This document shows, piece by piece, positions 1 to 9,648 of a stretch of 64,000 nt of DNA (its first letter is position 1; every line of letters begins with the position of its first letter). Below the pieces are notes generated by a model. That model had not been told where the DNA came from. It made no database searches and worked only from the letters and a program-made list of their open reading frames with translations. The position numbers and the translations under genes are program-made. This DNA comes from Podarcis filfolensis (taxonomy: Eukaryota). The stretch lies in assembly GCA_964270895.1 (NCBI GenBank), contig OZ185439.1. One strand, given 5' to 3'.

Positions 1-749
1 TAATATTGCTTAGGCCAACCTGCTATCTAAAGCCTTAGTTTCTGATTGTCTGGTGAGAGCTGTACAGCATATGCTGCAGGCACTATTTTGATATTCATCT
101 GAACACATATAGAGTAGGAGCAGTGTACACAATCACATTGCAGTCTTCATCTTTTCTGTACATTAAAAAAGAGTCTCTAAAAAAGACATTGCTTATACAG
201 TATAGGCAATCTCTTTTGCAGGTCTTCTGTATATGTACAGGACACACACTCTCTCTCTCTTTCTCTGTGTGTGTGGTACCCTGAAAATATAGTACATAGG
301 CAGTTCAGAAAGAGAAAGAGGATAATTCCATCATCATTGTTTTAGTTCAGTAATGATAGCTTGAGTTAGGATTAGGTGAGGGGACTGAGGTAGAATCTAC
401 TAGGTGCCTCTATTTGCAGCAGCTTAAATGCTGACTCCGATTTCAGGTCTAAGATGATGTAATGCTATAGGATTGGGGGGATGGTAGTTGAAGGAACTGC
501 TGAATTGGTCAAACCAATTTCTTTGTCAAGCTGATGGCCAGTTAGGTATCCCCATCTCCAAAGGGGAAGTGATACGCATGTTACCATAGAGATAACTGGA
601 GATGTTTTCAGGAGGAGGGGTGGGCCTTTCCCACCTCACCTGGCTGGATGCCACATCATCCTAGGAAGGATGTGTCATGAGTTTGGATGGACTGCGAGCT
701 AGAGACACAAAGACTTGACTCAGGGCCATCTTTTCTATTTGGCTTAGTG

Positions 750-1350
750 GCGCCATGCGCCACGTGCCTGCCCAGCAGGGGCATCCAGCAGTGGGACGTG
801 GTTTGCCGTGTTTAAACTCATTCCTGTTATTTACACCTGTCTTTAGCATTCTAATTACTTGCTTTATTACTCTGGGAGGGGGCACCGAGCGTTGGAGTCA
901 GGCATGGCTTACCCATAGGCGCCCGCTGCTGAAGCCGCCGCACTCCCCAGCTGCAGGGTGGGACGATGCGAGCCAAGCAAACGAGGCTTTTTTGCTCGTC
1001 TCTCTCTTCAAGCGGTGCGCTCACCCCAGCCTCAAAACCCGGTCTGGAATCGGCTTCCTGCACTCGCCCGAGCCTCAAAACCTGGACTGAAATCACCTTC
1101 CTGCTGCATAGGTGGCCGCCAGCGGGCAGCTGCTGCTGCCAGGGGCGTCGCAATGTGGGGGCATGGGAAGCAGTGCCATCCAAAAGGGGGGGGGGGGACA
1201 AAATTCCAATTTGTTTTTCTATTAAAAGAATCTCCATGTATCCGACCGTCGTGGATATGGGTTTCTTTTCTTGAGTAATGGGCTGTGTTTTTGAAGTTGT
1301 GACACTCGCAACAGGATGACTCTCTGTCTCTCTGCCCTCTCCCACCTTTC
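750..1350 (-). promoter_or_regulatory. CpG-rich segment, probable promoter/first exon of a minus-strand host gene running off the left edge
   Basis: GC/CpG-rich relative to AT-rich flanks. Minus strand reads ...GGCGCCT ATG G|GTAAGC (ATG 916-914, donor GT 912-911), with a second donor-like site AAG|GTGATT near 1097. No downstream exon identified. Confidence 0.4.
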
Positions 1351-1450
1351 TACATCTCCCTTCTTAACTGTTTCCTGCCTCGCTTTAAATCCTTTCTCAC
1401 GTGGAAAGACACCTTTGGGAGGCGATTTTGCCCTTTTGGCTCCTTTCCCC

Positions 1451-2060
1451 TAGAATTATAGTACAGTATTGTAGAGTTGGAAGGGACCCTGTTGAGGATC
1501 ATCAGTCCAGCCCCCTGCAATACAGGAATCTTAACTAAATCATCCATGACAGCATCCAACGTCCGATTGCAAACTTCCAAGGAAAGAGAGTGCAAAGCCT
1601 CCTAAGGGAGTCTGTTGCACTGTTGAAGGGCTCTTGCTGTCAGAAAAGTTCTTCCTGATGTTTCGTCAGAATTGCCTTTCATGTAACTTGAAGCCATTGC
1701 TTTGTGTCCTATCCTCCAGAAAACAAGCTTGTTCCAAATATTTGAAGATGGCTGTCATAGCTCCTCTCAGATCCCTTGTTTCCAAGCTAAACATACGCAG
1801 CTCCTTCAAGCACTCCTCATAAGGCTTGGTTTCCAGACCCTTGATCATCTTGGCTGCCCTCTTCTGCACATGTTCCAGCTTGTCAATGTCCTCCTTAAAT
1901 TGTGGCACCCAGAACTGCAAACAGTATTCCAGGTGTGGTCTGACTAAAGCAGAGTAGAGTGGTACTTGATCTAGAGACTAGATTTTTGTTGATGCAGCCT
2001 AGAATAGCATTAGCTTTTTTTGCTGCAGCAACACATTGTTGACTCATATTGTGGTCTACT
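1451..2060 (-). mobile_element. CR1 LINE 3' fragment (ORF2 C-terminus + 3' end)
   Basis: Translations [29 protein letters not shown] and QQCVAAAKKANAILGCI are typical CR1 RT C-terminal motifs; ends in an ATTCTA-type tail. Confidence 0.9.
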
Positions 2061-4855
2061 AAGCAGCGATCATTTTTTATAAGGGCTGGCACAGGCCATT
2101 TAGGAGTCTTCATTGTCAGCTTCCTTGCTGGTTCCTTGAATTAATAAAGGGTTCCTTTCAAATTAAATGCTGTGTTTGTTCATTTCTGATCTTGAGCTTT
2201 TAGGGAGGTTTAAAAAAATAATAATTTGCCTTGTTACTGCACTGGATTGCTCTGCAACTCAATTTATTAGTTTGCTTGCTGGCATAACGGCAAAGGAATC
2301 TATTTAACTAACCTGCCCCTTTTTTCTTTTCCGGAGCAGAGAGAAGCGTGGTGTCAGTTCCTTAAAAAAAAAGATGACAACTCTGGGCAACCTGGGGGGG
2401 GGGAGCGCCAGGCAGATCTTTGCACCCCGTCACCACATATGCTTAAGCCGGCCCTGACTTGACTTGCTCTCTGTACTGTACTGTACTGAATCCAGAGCTA
2501 TGGCTTTGGTGGTGGTGGTGCTCCCTGGAAGCTTAATGGGGAGACAAAATCTGCTGGAGGGTTCATGCTGTGAGCCCTTCATTCTATGCTCAGGTTGTAT
2601 ATATGCATATTTAAAACCATATATCCTAAAGACACCACCTTTAACCTTTGTTCCAAGGAAACTGAACACTGGGTAATCGCTGGCTCCCCATAATCCTTGC
2701 TTCTCAGAGACTGGAGTGTACACAGCAGTATAATAAAATCTTTAAATTGACTTCCGTACTTATCTGTATAATTTATTTTGTGAACAGAATTTCTTGCCAA
2801 ATAATGTGTTTCCATCTTGCAGTTTGGTCTTTTTAATGAGTAATGTGAATAAATAAAGAACACAGAATTCATATTATGCAAAGCTATAAAAATTAAGCCT
2901 TAGGTATTGACCTAGAAAAATAGCATGGATTTGGAATCCAATTTCTGTATTTTCTTTTCTGAAACTTGAAAATCTTCGTAGTGCTGAGAGTCCAGTGTTG
3001 TTGATGTCAAAATTTGCTTTGCTTCTTTCCTCTAATGATATTTCTGCTGTATACAAATAAAACAAAGAGTTCAACTGATTTTCAGGGATTGAACACATCT
3101 ACACTAGAAAATCTTTATTTGCATGTTATCAAATTATATCCCACTTTAATTTTACATAATCTTCAGGAACTGTAAGTAAGTGATCATGAACAAGTCCACA
3201 GCAATCCTGTACTAATTTGGGAATTCAGAAGTGCTCATGTAGATCACTTTGTATCAGACATTTCAGCTGGTGCTGCACTGTCATCTTTCAACATTGCCAA
3301 TACGGAAGATTTTTTTGGACCAAAAAAATCATACTGTGCTGCCTACAGAGCCAGCTTCCAACTATTGATATGAGGGTGTACTGGCGAAAAGGCCTATGTG
3401 TTTTCCACTAACGTGTTCCACACCTTGAATTGACCATCAACAGCACCAAACTGAAAGCATGGGCAGCTGAATTACAGGCATGCCCCAAGAAGATTGTTGT
3501 TAATCAGGCATTGTCTGGGTATTTACTTCACTCATATTGCCAACACTCAGTAGATTTTGGTTCCTCATGCCAATGAGACCTCTGATGATGTGTAAACTGT
3601 CTATGCAGAACAGAGTTGTGTTTGAAGTCGTTTCAGGTGATACAGAAGGCTCTTTCTGATGTTTGATCTGTAATGGCAATTTCACACGTCATTTAGTTGT
3701 TTATTAAACCGATGAATAATCCACTTTCCTGCCAGAATACTCAAATCATTGTACAACTAATGATCACTTCATGTTATGGCTATTGAGGAGTGAACATGCA
3801 TGTGTGAACTCTGCCTTATAAGATTACTTTCAAAGTGTGCGGTTGTTGGTTAAGGGGGCAGGACATTGGGCAGGGGAGTGGTTTATTACAAAATGCTTCC
3901 TAGCTCATATTTTATTATGTACTTTAGTCTACTAGTCTACTCATTTTATGAGTGACAGCAGGCAGATGGAACTAGGTCAGGTGAAAGTCTGGAGATAGGT
4001 ATTGCTTAGCTTTCTTGCTTATGCCAATGAGATTTTTGACAAAGGAAGAAAGCTGTGAAAGTGTAACGAGAAGAAACAAACATGGATAAGACTGATAAAA
4101 TAATAATTGCCTCCCAGTGCATGCTTGCATTCAGATTTTGTTCCTTAAAAGAATTTTTTTTCTGGAAAGAAAAGCTATACTTTCAGTTTTGTTGGGAACA
4201 GTGGGAGACTGTTTTGTTTATTTATAGTCGCAGTCCAAAGCGAAATGTACTGAAAATGCAGGTGGAAGTGTACAATTATCATTAGCTGTGAAATAGATCA
4301 GTTATTATTTCTATTGATACAAAGAAAACAACAAAATCTATTCCTTTTGAGAGTTTCCTGTAATAGCTTTTCATGCCTCATTTATGACATACTTTAGCAT
4401 TAAGGCAGTGAAAGATTGAAGTATATAGTGCTGGGGTGACACATGGTTTATTATTAATGACGACTATTATTTCTAATGAAAGAGTTTTCTCCTCCAAAAG
4501 AGCACATGATTAGTAGATGCAATATCTTACTCTCTCTGACTTTGAAATAACATTAAGAGCAATACAATCACTTTATAGTGCAGGTAGGCAAGCAGTGATC
4601 AAAGGCTCTGTTTGTCCCACAATGCTGCCCAATTCCAGGGATACTGCCATGGTAATGCATTGATAGGCCCTTTGAATGAATGATTAAGTTGCTTTAAGGG
4701 ATTGCTATGACAAAGGCTCTGTAGGAAAGGCTTTTAGAATCATTTGCTTGTGGCAAAAGGAATGGCACCCCACCTTTGGTGGGGGCACGTTTGCCCCACA
4801 CCCCTCTCATTGGAAGAGACTTGAATTGATCTCCCCTGAGGGGGTGGGCTATATG

Positions 4856-4860
4856 GGAAC
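4856..4860. repeat. Left target-site duplication GGAAC of the provirus
   Basis: GGAAC at 4856-4860 is repeated at 10914-10918, directly outside both LTR ends. Confidence 0.95.
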
Positions 4861-5434
4861 TGAAGCCTTAGATTAGCAGTACCCGGAGGTCCAGCGGTCC
4901 GCCAACCCCGTGGCCAGAGGGGAAAAACAATTCCAGAGACTTCTTGGTCAGAGAAAAGAGATTTATTGAGATCTGCGCAGAGGCAGCCAGTGGAGTCCTC
5001 TCCAAAGACTGGCTACAACGATACAAGTAAACAAGCATTTTTATACCTGAGAGCATGTCCATCTCCCCAATTCCCTCCAATCAGCTGGCAAGGTTAAGCT
5101 TATTTCCTTATATGGCATATGGCTATCTGACTAGCTAAGCCCCCCTCCTTCCCTTGTTCGTGTGCTCCTCTCTTGCGTTACTGCAATAGGAAGCTGCAAT
5201 AGGAAGCGTGTGCAGGAAGCGGCCCCCTTGTCCTGTCTGACCACATACGGTAAATAGATGCGGTTTCTGCTTAGCTGGCAAGCACAGGAAATGGTCTTGC
5301 TGCTGTTTGCTAGCAACTGCAAAGCAAGATTAAGAGAGGATTTACTGAATTTATTTCAAGTACAAGGTGCAGGGATTACTGATAGCAATCCCCTTCCTTA
5401 GGCACAAAGTGCAATCCCTACACCTCTCCCTTCA
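4861..5434 (-). repeat. 3' LTR (574 bp)
   Basis: Direct repeat of 10340-10913 (offset 5479) with no difference found by eye. TGAAG/CTTCA terminal inverted repeat, AATAAA at 4967-4962, TATAAAA at 5045-5039, U3 tandem 13-mer CTGCAATAGGAAG x2 at 5181-5206. Confidence 0.97.
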
Positions 5435-5449
5435 CTCCCTCCTCTTCTT
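5435..5449 (-). promoter_or_regulatory. Polypurine tract
   Basis: AAGAAGAGGAGGGAG on the minus strand directly abutting the 3' LTR. Confidence 0.9.
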
Positions 5450-5465
5450 ATGAACAACCTAATAC

Positions 5466-5672
5466 TTAGGTTCGTTCTGGTCGCTCGGGTTCATAGTATC
5501 CCTGGAGGAGAGCAATGAGGGTCATGACACGGGGCCCCATCCTGCGGGACATCATCTTCCCCATCATATTTTGCATACATTGCATCAAGCAGGGCATACA
5601 GAAGCAGAAAAGCAGTAAGATTATTCCTACCCACCAACCCCAATCTGTCCATGGCTCCTCCCACCACTCCAT
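5466..5672 (-). CDS. 68-aa Trp-rich single-pass membrane microprotein (env-TM tail remnant or accessory protein), 'ORF-B'
   Basis: MEWWEEPWTDWGW-WVGIILLLFCFCMPCLM-QCMQNMMGKMMSRRMGPRVMTLIALLQGYYEPERPERT. ATG in strong context (GAG ATG G). One hydrophobic span with clustered Cys; stop 16 nt before the PPT. Confidence 0.6.
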   Translation of the reverse strand: MEWWEEPWTDWGWWVGIILLLFCFCMPCLMQCMQNMMGKMMSRRMGPRVMTLIALLQGYYEPERPERT

Positions 5673-5675
5673 CTC

Positions 5676-6020
5676 TTAACCCTGTAAGGCCAACTGAAAC
5701 TGTGCTTCTATAAACGCCTCACCCGTAGGGGTGGGTCGCCAAAGTATCTCCTCCTCCCCTATTACTTGAAGCAACTTTCCTGCTACCCAACCGTCATGAA
5801 CGCAAATTGCGTAACCCCACGGTCGCCTATAAGAATCGTAGATATAATGGCAACCACAAGAATAAACCCAAGCGTTCAAGGGACGTTCAGAAGGGGTCAG
5901 CACGTCAAGAGGGGTAAAGTTGTCTGGGCTTAATAAAATCAGTCCAGGGGGAGCTGCGCCTGGATTGTCTGGTTGTCGGGTAACTACGGTGGGAGCGCTG
6001 CCTGCGGGCGCCCCTCCCAT
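5676..6020 (-). CDS. 114-aa ORF of unknown function in the env position, 'ORF-A'
   Basis: ATG three codons after the pol-frame stop (TGA 6032-6030), in the same frame. Pro/Gly-rich N-terminus and a WVYSCGCHYIY...WGYAICVHDGW core; no signal peptide or env motifs recognised. Confidence 0.5.
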   Translation of the reverse strand: MGGAPAGSAPTVVTRQPDNPGAAPPGLILLSPDNFTPLDVLTPSERPLNAWVYSCGCHYIYDSYRRPWGYAICVHDGWVAGKLLQVIGEEEILWRPTPTGEAFIEAQFQLALQG

Positions 6021-6029
6021 CCACCTTCT

Positions 6030-6868
6030 TCAGCCGTGCGTAGAAGGGTCAGCGTCCGGAGTGACCCTAGCAGGGCGGTCGTCTAGCGCTCTTCTGGAGA
6101 TGGTTAGCTTCAGAGGATCATCAGGATTTGGTGTAACTGTCCAATCTAAAATAGCCTTCTTCACTTAAGTGTGGTGGACCCAAGGGGTGAGGTCAGCAAC
6201 TTTAACAGCAGTGGGCCTGGGTCCACCTGTTAAGACAGAGAGAAAATCTCGGGAGAATTACTGCACATAATTATCAAACTGCACATTTTGACTAGCATGG
6301 AGGGTTATTGCAAAACTGAGTGGACAAAGGCTGGTCCATTGTCAGATCCTATTGACCTAGGTAGTCCATAGCGGGGAATGATCTCCCTAAGCAGGCACCT
6401 GGTTACTTCAAATGCCTTTTCAGTTCTGGTAGGCCAGGCTTCAACCCATCCTGTATACGTGCAGACCACCACAAGCAGGTAGCGGTATAGTCCACAGCGG
6501 GGCAATTCAGTGAAATCTGCAACAAGGTCTTCCATGGGTGCAGTTCCAATATGCTGGATCCCCGGGGGAGCCAAGGGTCCGGTTCTGGGATTATTCTTTT
6601 GACACAGCGGGCACTTCCTGGAAATCTGGGCTGCCAGTTGATAAAGGTGGGCTATGTAGAAGCACTGCTTCAGCTGTCTCGTTGTGGCATCTGGTCCCAT
6701 GTGGGTGGACTCATGGTATCTCTGAGTAATCTGCCGAGAAAGGGACTCTGGAATCCATATTCTGTCATCATGAGTAAGGTACCATCCTTCTTTGGACATA
6801 GTCAGCTCCTGAGCATCTGCGGTGTCCCTTTCCTTCTTGGTGTATATTGGCTTATCAGCGGTGTTCAA
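6030..6868 (-). pseudogene. pol: Integrase remnant (HHCC zinc finger, first two catalytic Asp motifs, deletion, C-terminal piece)
   Basis: HESTH...CPLC, DFTELP, WVEAWP, IGSDNGPAF. Stop at 6305, then only PTAVKV...PWVHHT*VKK remains; the catalytic Glu region is absent. Confidence 0.92.
6227..6250 (-). promoter_or_regulatory. Env-type splice acceptor
   Basis: GATTTTCTCTCTGTCTTAACAG|GTGG on the minus strand (AG at 6228-6227), inside the IN C-terminal remnant, the usual position of the env acceptor in gamma-like ERVs. Confidence 0.7.
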
Positions 6869-7757
6869 GATCCTTCCAGGGACCAGTGCTCCAATAACTG
6901 ACGCTGGGGGCTGGTTCCCGGGCTGCTTCCTTGGCCACTCTGTCTGCTAGTCGATTTCCTCTGGCCACTTTCCCTGGTCCAGTTGTGTGTCCATAACAGT
7001 GTACCACTGCTACTGCCTCGGGTTCCCATACTGCATCCAGGAGGTCCAATAAGGCTTGTGGGTGGGCCACCTGGTTTCCTCTGGAGGTGAGCAAACCTCT
7101 TTCCTTCCATAAGGCTCCATGGGCATGTAAAGTCAGAAAGGCATACTTAGAATCAGTATAAATGTTTATCTTCTGTCCCTTTGCTAGGGTCAGGGCTCTG
7201 GTGAACGCTGTTATTTATGCCAGCCGGGCCGACGTTCCAGGCGGGAGTGGCTGCACTTCGATCACTTGGTCTTCCAAGGCTACCACTGCATAGCCTGCTT
7301 TTCGCTGTCCAGCCTTAACAAAGCTGCTTCCATCCACAAACCACGAAGGCCAGTGGGGGTTTGCTTCATCTTTAAGGTCAGGCCTGCTAAAATATTCTTC
7401 ATCCATTACTTCAATGCAATCGTGCATCTGCTCCTCACCTTCTCCTACCGGCAACAGGGTAGCTGGGTTGAGGGCGGTGGTGACCTGAAACTTCAAACGC
7501 GGATGCAGCAGTAACATCTGGCACTTTCTCATCTTCGCTTGGGAGAGAAAATAGGTACCCTTCATGTCAAGCAGAGTTGGGACTGCATGCGGGGTCACAC
7601 AAACAGTGTCTTGGCCAAAAGTAAATTTGTCTGCTTTGTTCAGTAGGGTGGCTACTGCCACAACTGCTCTCATGCACGGCGGTAAGCCTTGTTCTGTAGG
7701 CGTCAGGCGCTCAGATAGGTATGCCACTGGCTGTTGCCAGCTTCCCAATTTTGGCAC
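6855..7757 (-). pseudogene. pol: RT connection / RNase H remnant
   Basis: PVAYLS, ALNPATLLP, WFVDGSSF...AGYAVV, LPPGTSA, VAVVHC, GNRLADRVAKEAA; interrupted by a stop at 7215 and frameshifts. Confidence 0.92.
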
Positions 7758-8245
7758 AAAACCCCTTTCGCCGTCCCTTGGTCCTCATGCACGAATAGAG
7801 TAAAGGGTTTCTTAGGACTTGGGATGCCAAGCGCTGGGGCTTGCTGTAGTGTCTTCTTCAAATCCACGAAGGCTTGCTGTTGTTCTGTGCCCCAAACAAA
7901 GGGGTCTCTCTCAGTTCCTCTGGTTGACTCATGTAGAGGCTTGGCAATGATGCTGTAATTAAATATCCATATCCTACAAAATCCTGCAGACCCCAGAAAG
8001 CCACGGAGTTCCCTACGGTTCTTTGGCTCTGGTATCAGGATAATAGCCTGCTTCCTTTCTTCACTGGTAACAAAAGGGGTGTTCCACTGTGATTGGCATT
8101 GCCTCAAGATCCTATGTTGGAGCAGTCGCTCTAGATGCACCCACACTCCTTCAGTCGCCCTTCTTGGGATGGGATACTTATTTACTGCAACAGGATTGAC
8201 AAATGGCTTGGGCTTCACAATTATTGGTGGGATATTCTTTGCCAT
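7703..8245 (-). pseudogene. pol: RT remnant: N-terminus fused to thumb, catalytic core deleted
   Basis: KYPIP...WNTP joined directly to SEERKQAI...RELRGFLGSAGFCRIWI; no LPQG or YxDD motif. Confidence 0.92.
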
Positions 8246-8940
8246 TCCTGGGGGGGTTCACTTGTTCCAGAATACTGGCGGGGATGGGTCCCTCCTCTTC
8301 TTTTACCATCATGAGGCGCCAGTACTCCCTCAGGGGTGCCTCCACAACCAGTTCCCCAAGTGACATAGTGGACAATGTGGCTTCTCCCGATGGCTTAAAG
8401 GTAATTTGGGCTTGCAACTTTGCCAACAAGTCTCTTCCTAATAATAGAATAGGGCATTCTCTCTTCCAGTGCCCTTCCTGTCGGCAGATGGCGCACTGAC
8501 TCCGTCCGAGACGGCTTCGCCCTCCTCCCCGGGCACTTCCTCTTTCCTGAGGGGTGGGTGTGGTAGCCTGTAATGCCATCAACTTCTCTGTTTGATACTT
8601 CTCCTTTTTTCTCTGGGCCTCCTCATCTCTCTGATTGTAAGTGGTTTGAGCTATTTCCAACATCTATTCCAGCCCATGATCGATGCACCCCTCATGCTTC
8701 TGGATTTTTTTTTCTTTTGGCGAATATCGGACGCTGCTGAGCTACAAAGGCAGCCTTTATAATGGGGCGCTGGCAATATCATCTGGGTTCTCCTCAAAGG
8801 TAGGGTTCTAATTTCTCCAATTGCACACATCAGCACTTGAAAAAGGCACATGTTGGACTGTATAAGTGCATGGTGGTGCTTCCCCACCCTGTCCTGGGGG
8901 GGGCTGGTGGGTCATACACTCTGCGTAGAGGCATCATTGC
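8178..8940 (-). pseudogene. gag: gag CA remnants, NC zinc knuckle and protease C-terminal tail
   Basis: VQHVPFSSADVCNWRN*NPTFEENP (CA start) jumps to IKAAFVAQ..DIRQK (CA end). CAICRQEGHWKRECP (CX2CX4HX4C) is fused to ILLLGRDLLAKL (PR end); no D(T/S)GA motif. Confidence 0.9.
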
Positions 8941-8999
8941 AGTCCCACCCTTTTTCTGTGCCTTATGGGACTTATAGAGGGACGCCCTGGTTGCTGCTT

Positions 9000-9648
9000 C
9001 TATTCATTTCTTTCGCATAGGGTTGTACATACTGTTGCAATCTCAATTGTCTGATACTGTGTCCACATTTTTCCTTTCTTTGCTAACTCAATTAGTCCCT
9101 TCATAAACTCATCATCATCCTCTTCCTCTTCGCTCTCTAATTCATCAACCTTGGAGGGTTCAGGCTGAGGGCCGGCTCCTCCCTGGTCCTGGGGCCCTGG
9201 GCCTGGGGGATTCGCTAGAGGGGCAGTTGGTGGAGCATAGGGTGGCGGCGGTTTAATGACTTCCCCCTCTTCTCCTTCTGGCTCTGGTATCACCGGGGGC
9301 TTTTCTGACTTCCCTGCCGGTCGGACTGCACAAATTGTATTTTGTGGGGCGTCGCCTCGGCAGGCTTTCAGCCACGGTGGATTATTTTCTACATTGATTT
9401 TCCAGGTAGAAATATAAGGGATCTGGTCTGGGTGGACGTTCAAGTTATTTTGATATAGTGGGTTGATTAGTTGCAAATTAAAACTGCCCTCCAAGGGCCA
9501 ATTAGTTCCTTGGGTGGGCCAATCAACCTCACATAATGTCCTCATCCTCTCTCTTCTCAATTTGAACCCCATCATCATGCTTCGTAGCTGCTTTCCAGTT
9601 GGTTAAAAAGCATTTCAGAGGACTACGTTGGCTTGCCCCAGACCCCAT
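9000..9648 (-). pseudogene. gag: gag matrix + late-domain region with a +1 frameshift
   Basis: ATG at 9648 (MGSGASQRSPLKCFLTNWK, Gly2). Removing one G from the run at 9570-9567 joins it to FKLRRERMRTLCEVDWP...WPLEGSF...PDQIPYI...PPWLK...PPPPY; stop at 9000. Confidence 0.88.

Noticed and set aside
755-1345. Overlapping 100-164-aa ORFs on both strands
   Set aside because: Typical of a GC-rich promoter/5' UTR with few stops; no recognisable protein.
3500-3640. THHQRSH..EEP..EC zinc-finger-like remnant on the minus strand
   Set aside because: Single degenerate motif surrounded by stops, with no tandem fingers or linker.
4868-5322. ORFs of 70 and 63 aa duplicated at 10347-10801
   Set aside because: They lie wholly within the LTRs and are duplicated only because the LTRs are; no coding features.
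5920-8363. Several plus-strand ORFs antisense to pol
   Set aside because: Expected shadows of coding sequence; non-ATG starts or no motifs.
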